Origin: Pseudomonadota bacterium
GTDB lineage: Bacteria; Pseudomonadota; Gammaproteobacteria; Acidiferrobacterales; UBA6901
Assembly: GCA_043738765.1 (NCBI GenBank)
Contig: JAYUFH010000188.1
Location: forward strand, 1-36,025
Length of the DNA stretch: 36,025 nt
Direction of reading: 5' to 3'
The notes below the pieces were generated by a model. The model saw only the letters and a list, made by a program, of their open reading frames with translations, had not been told where the DNA came from and made no database searches. How positions within the stretch are numbered: the first letter of the stretch is position 1; the number at the start of each line of letters is the position of its first letter. Shown piece after piece: positions 35,739 through 36,025 of this stretch. Position numbers and translations under genes: made by a program.

Positions 35739-36025
35739 AGTGCTGTCTTCCTGATTTTGTCTAAAGCGCCCGTCGCAAGCCCGTGCAATTCCTTCCTGGC
35801 TCAAACCCAGCCATCAACAGGAAACGTGCACAAATTATGCCAATAGCATGATTATCAATCCATTTCAGCATTGAATTCATGGGCAAGGTAGAGCAAAACC
35901 CCGTCCGCCGCACATATCGACGCAGGACCCACTGCACACAGGCTTGAATGATATCCCCACTCAGCCCACCCTCCGTGGCCCGAATGTGCCGTTTTATCGT
36001 CTGCTCTGACTCTGCGGGCCACCCC

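Noticed and set aside
35806-36025. Possible genes at the right edge: a plus-strand start ATG at 35983 (MCRFIVCSDSAGHP, reminiscent of the Met-Cys start of class II glutamine amidotransferases) and two open minus-strand frames
   Set aside because: Only 14 codons of the plus-strand candidate are visible. The minus-strand frames have poor third-position bias, a Cys/Arg-rich sequence, and cross an A/T-rich promoter-like stretch. The evidence is insufficient to call a feature.

Overview
GC-rich proteobacterial chromosomal segment, gamma/beta-like in gene content, densely coded on both strands. I recognised no rRNA, tRNA, CRISPR array, transposase, integrase or phage gene. All calls rest on reading the translated ORFs and the DNA by eye; no database search or computation was possible.

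Housekeeping genes: leuD' (edge fragment), leuC, aroC, metH, a YeaD-type hexose-6-P mutarotase, a DegP/MucD protease with a sigmaE-type promoter, MipA and a YciA-type thioesterase.

Conserved modules whose biology is poorly or not understood:
- A translationally coupled HExxH metallopeptidase and Ddl-like ATP-grasp pair (7.3-9.4 kb).
- A complete AmmeMemoRadiSam three-gene system (10.1-12.6 kb).
- A more A/T-rich block (12.7-17.7 kb). It carries an OmpR/TctD-type two-component system followed by a pyruvoyl AdoMet decarboxylase, a Thermus-like aminopropyltransferase and a translationally coupled, membrane-anchored DUF155/RMND1-like protein. I rate this the best candidate for an undescribed system.
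- A LemA-TPM-TPM operon.
- A run of orphan genes bounded by REP doublets (28.0-30.0 kb), next to a 460-bp structured intergenic region.
- A GYF-TM-pentapeptide-repeat protein.
- A YaeQ / TlpA-like / DUF302 / 12-TM His-rich (NnrS-like) operon.
- A REC plus degenerate GGDEF (GNAEF, RxxD retained) protein.

Two unrelated families of intergenic palindromic (REP-like) repeats punctuate the window. Many long ORFs in the track are antisense or alternative-frame artefacts of high GC and were rejected.
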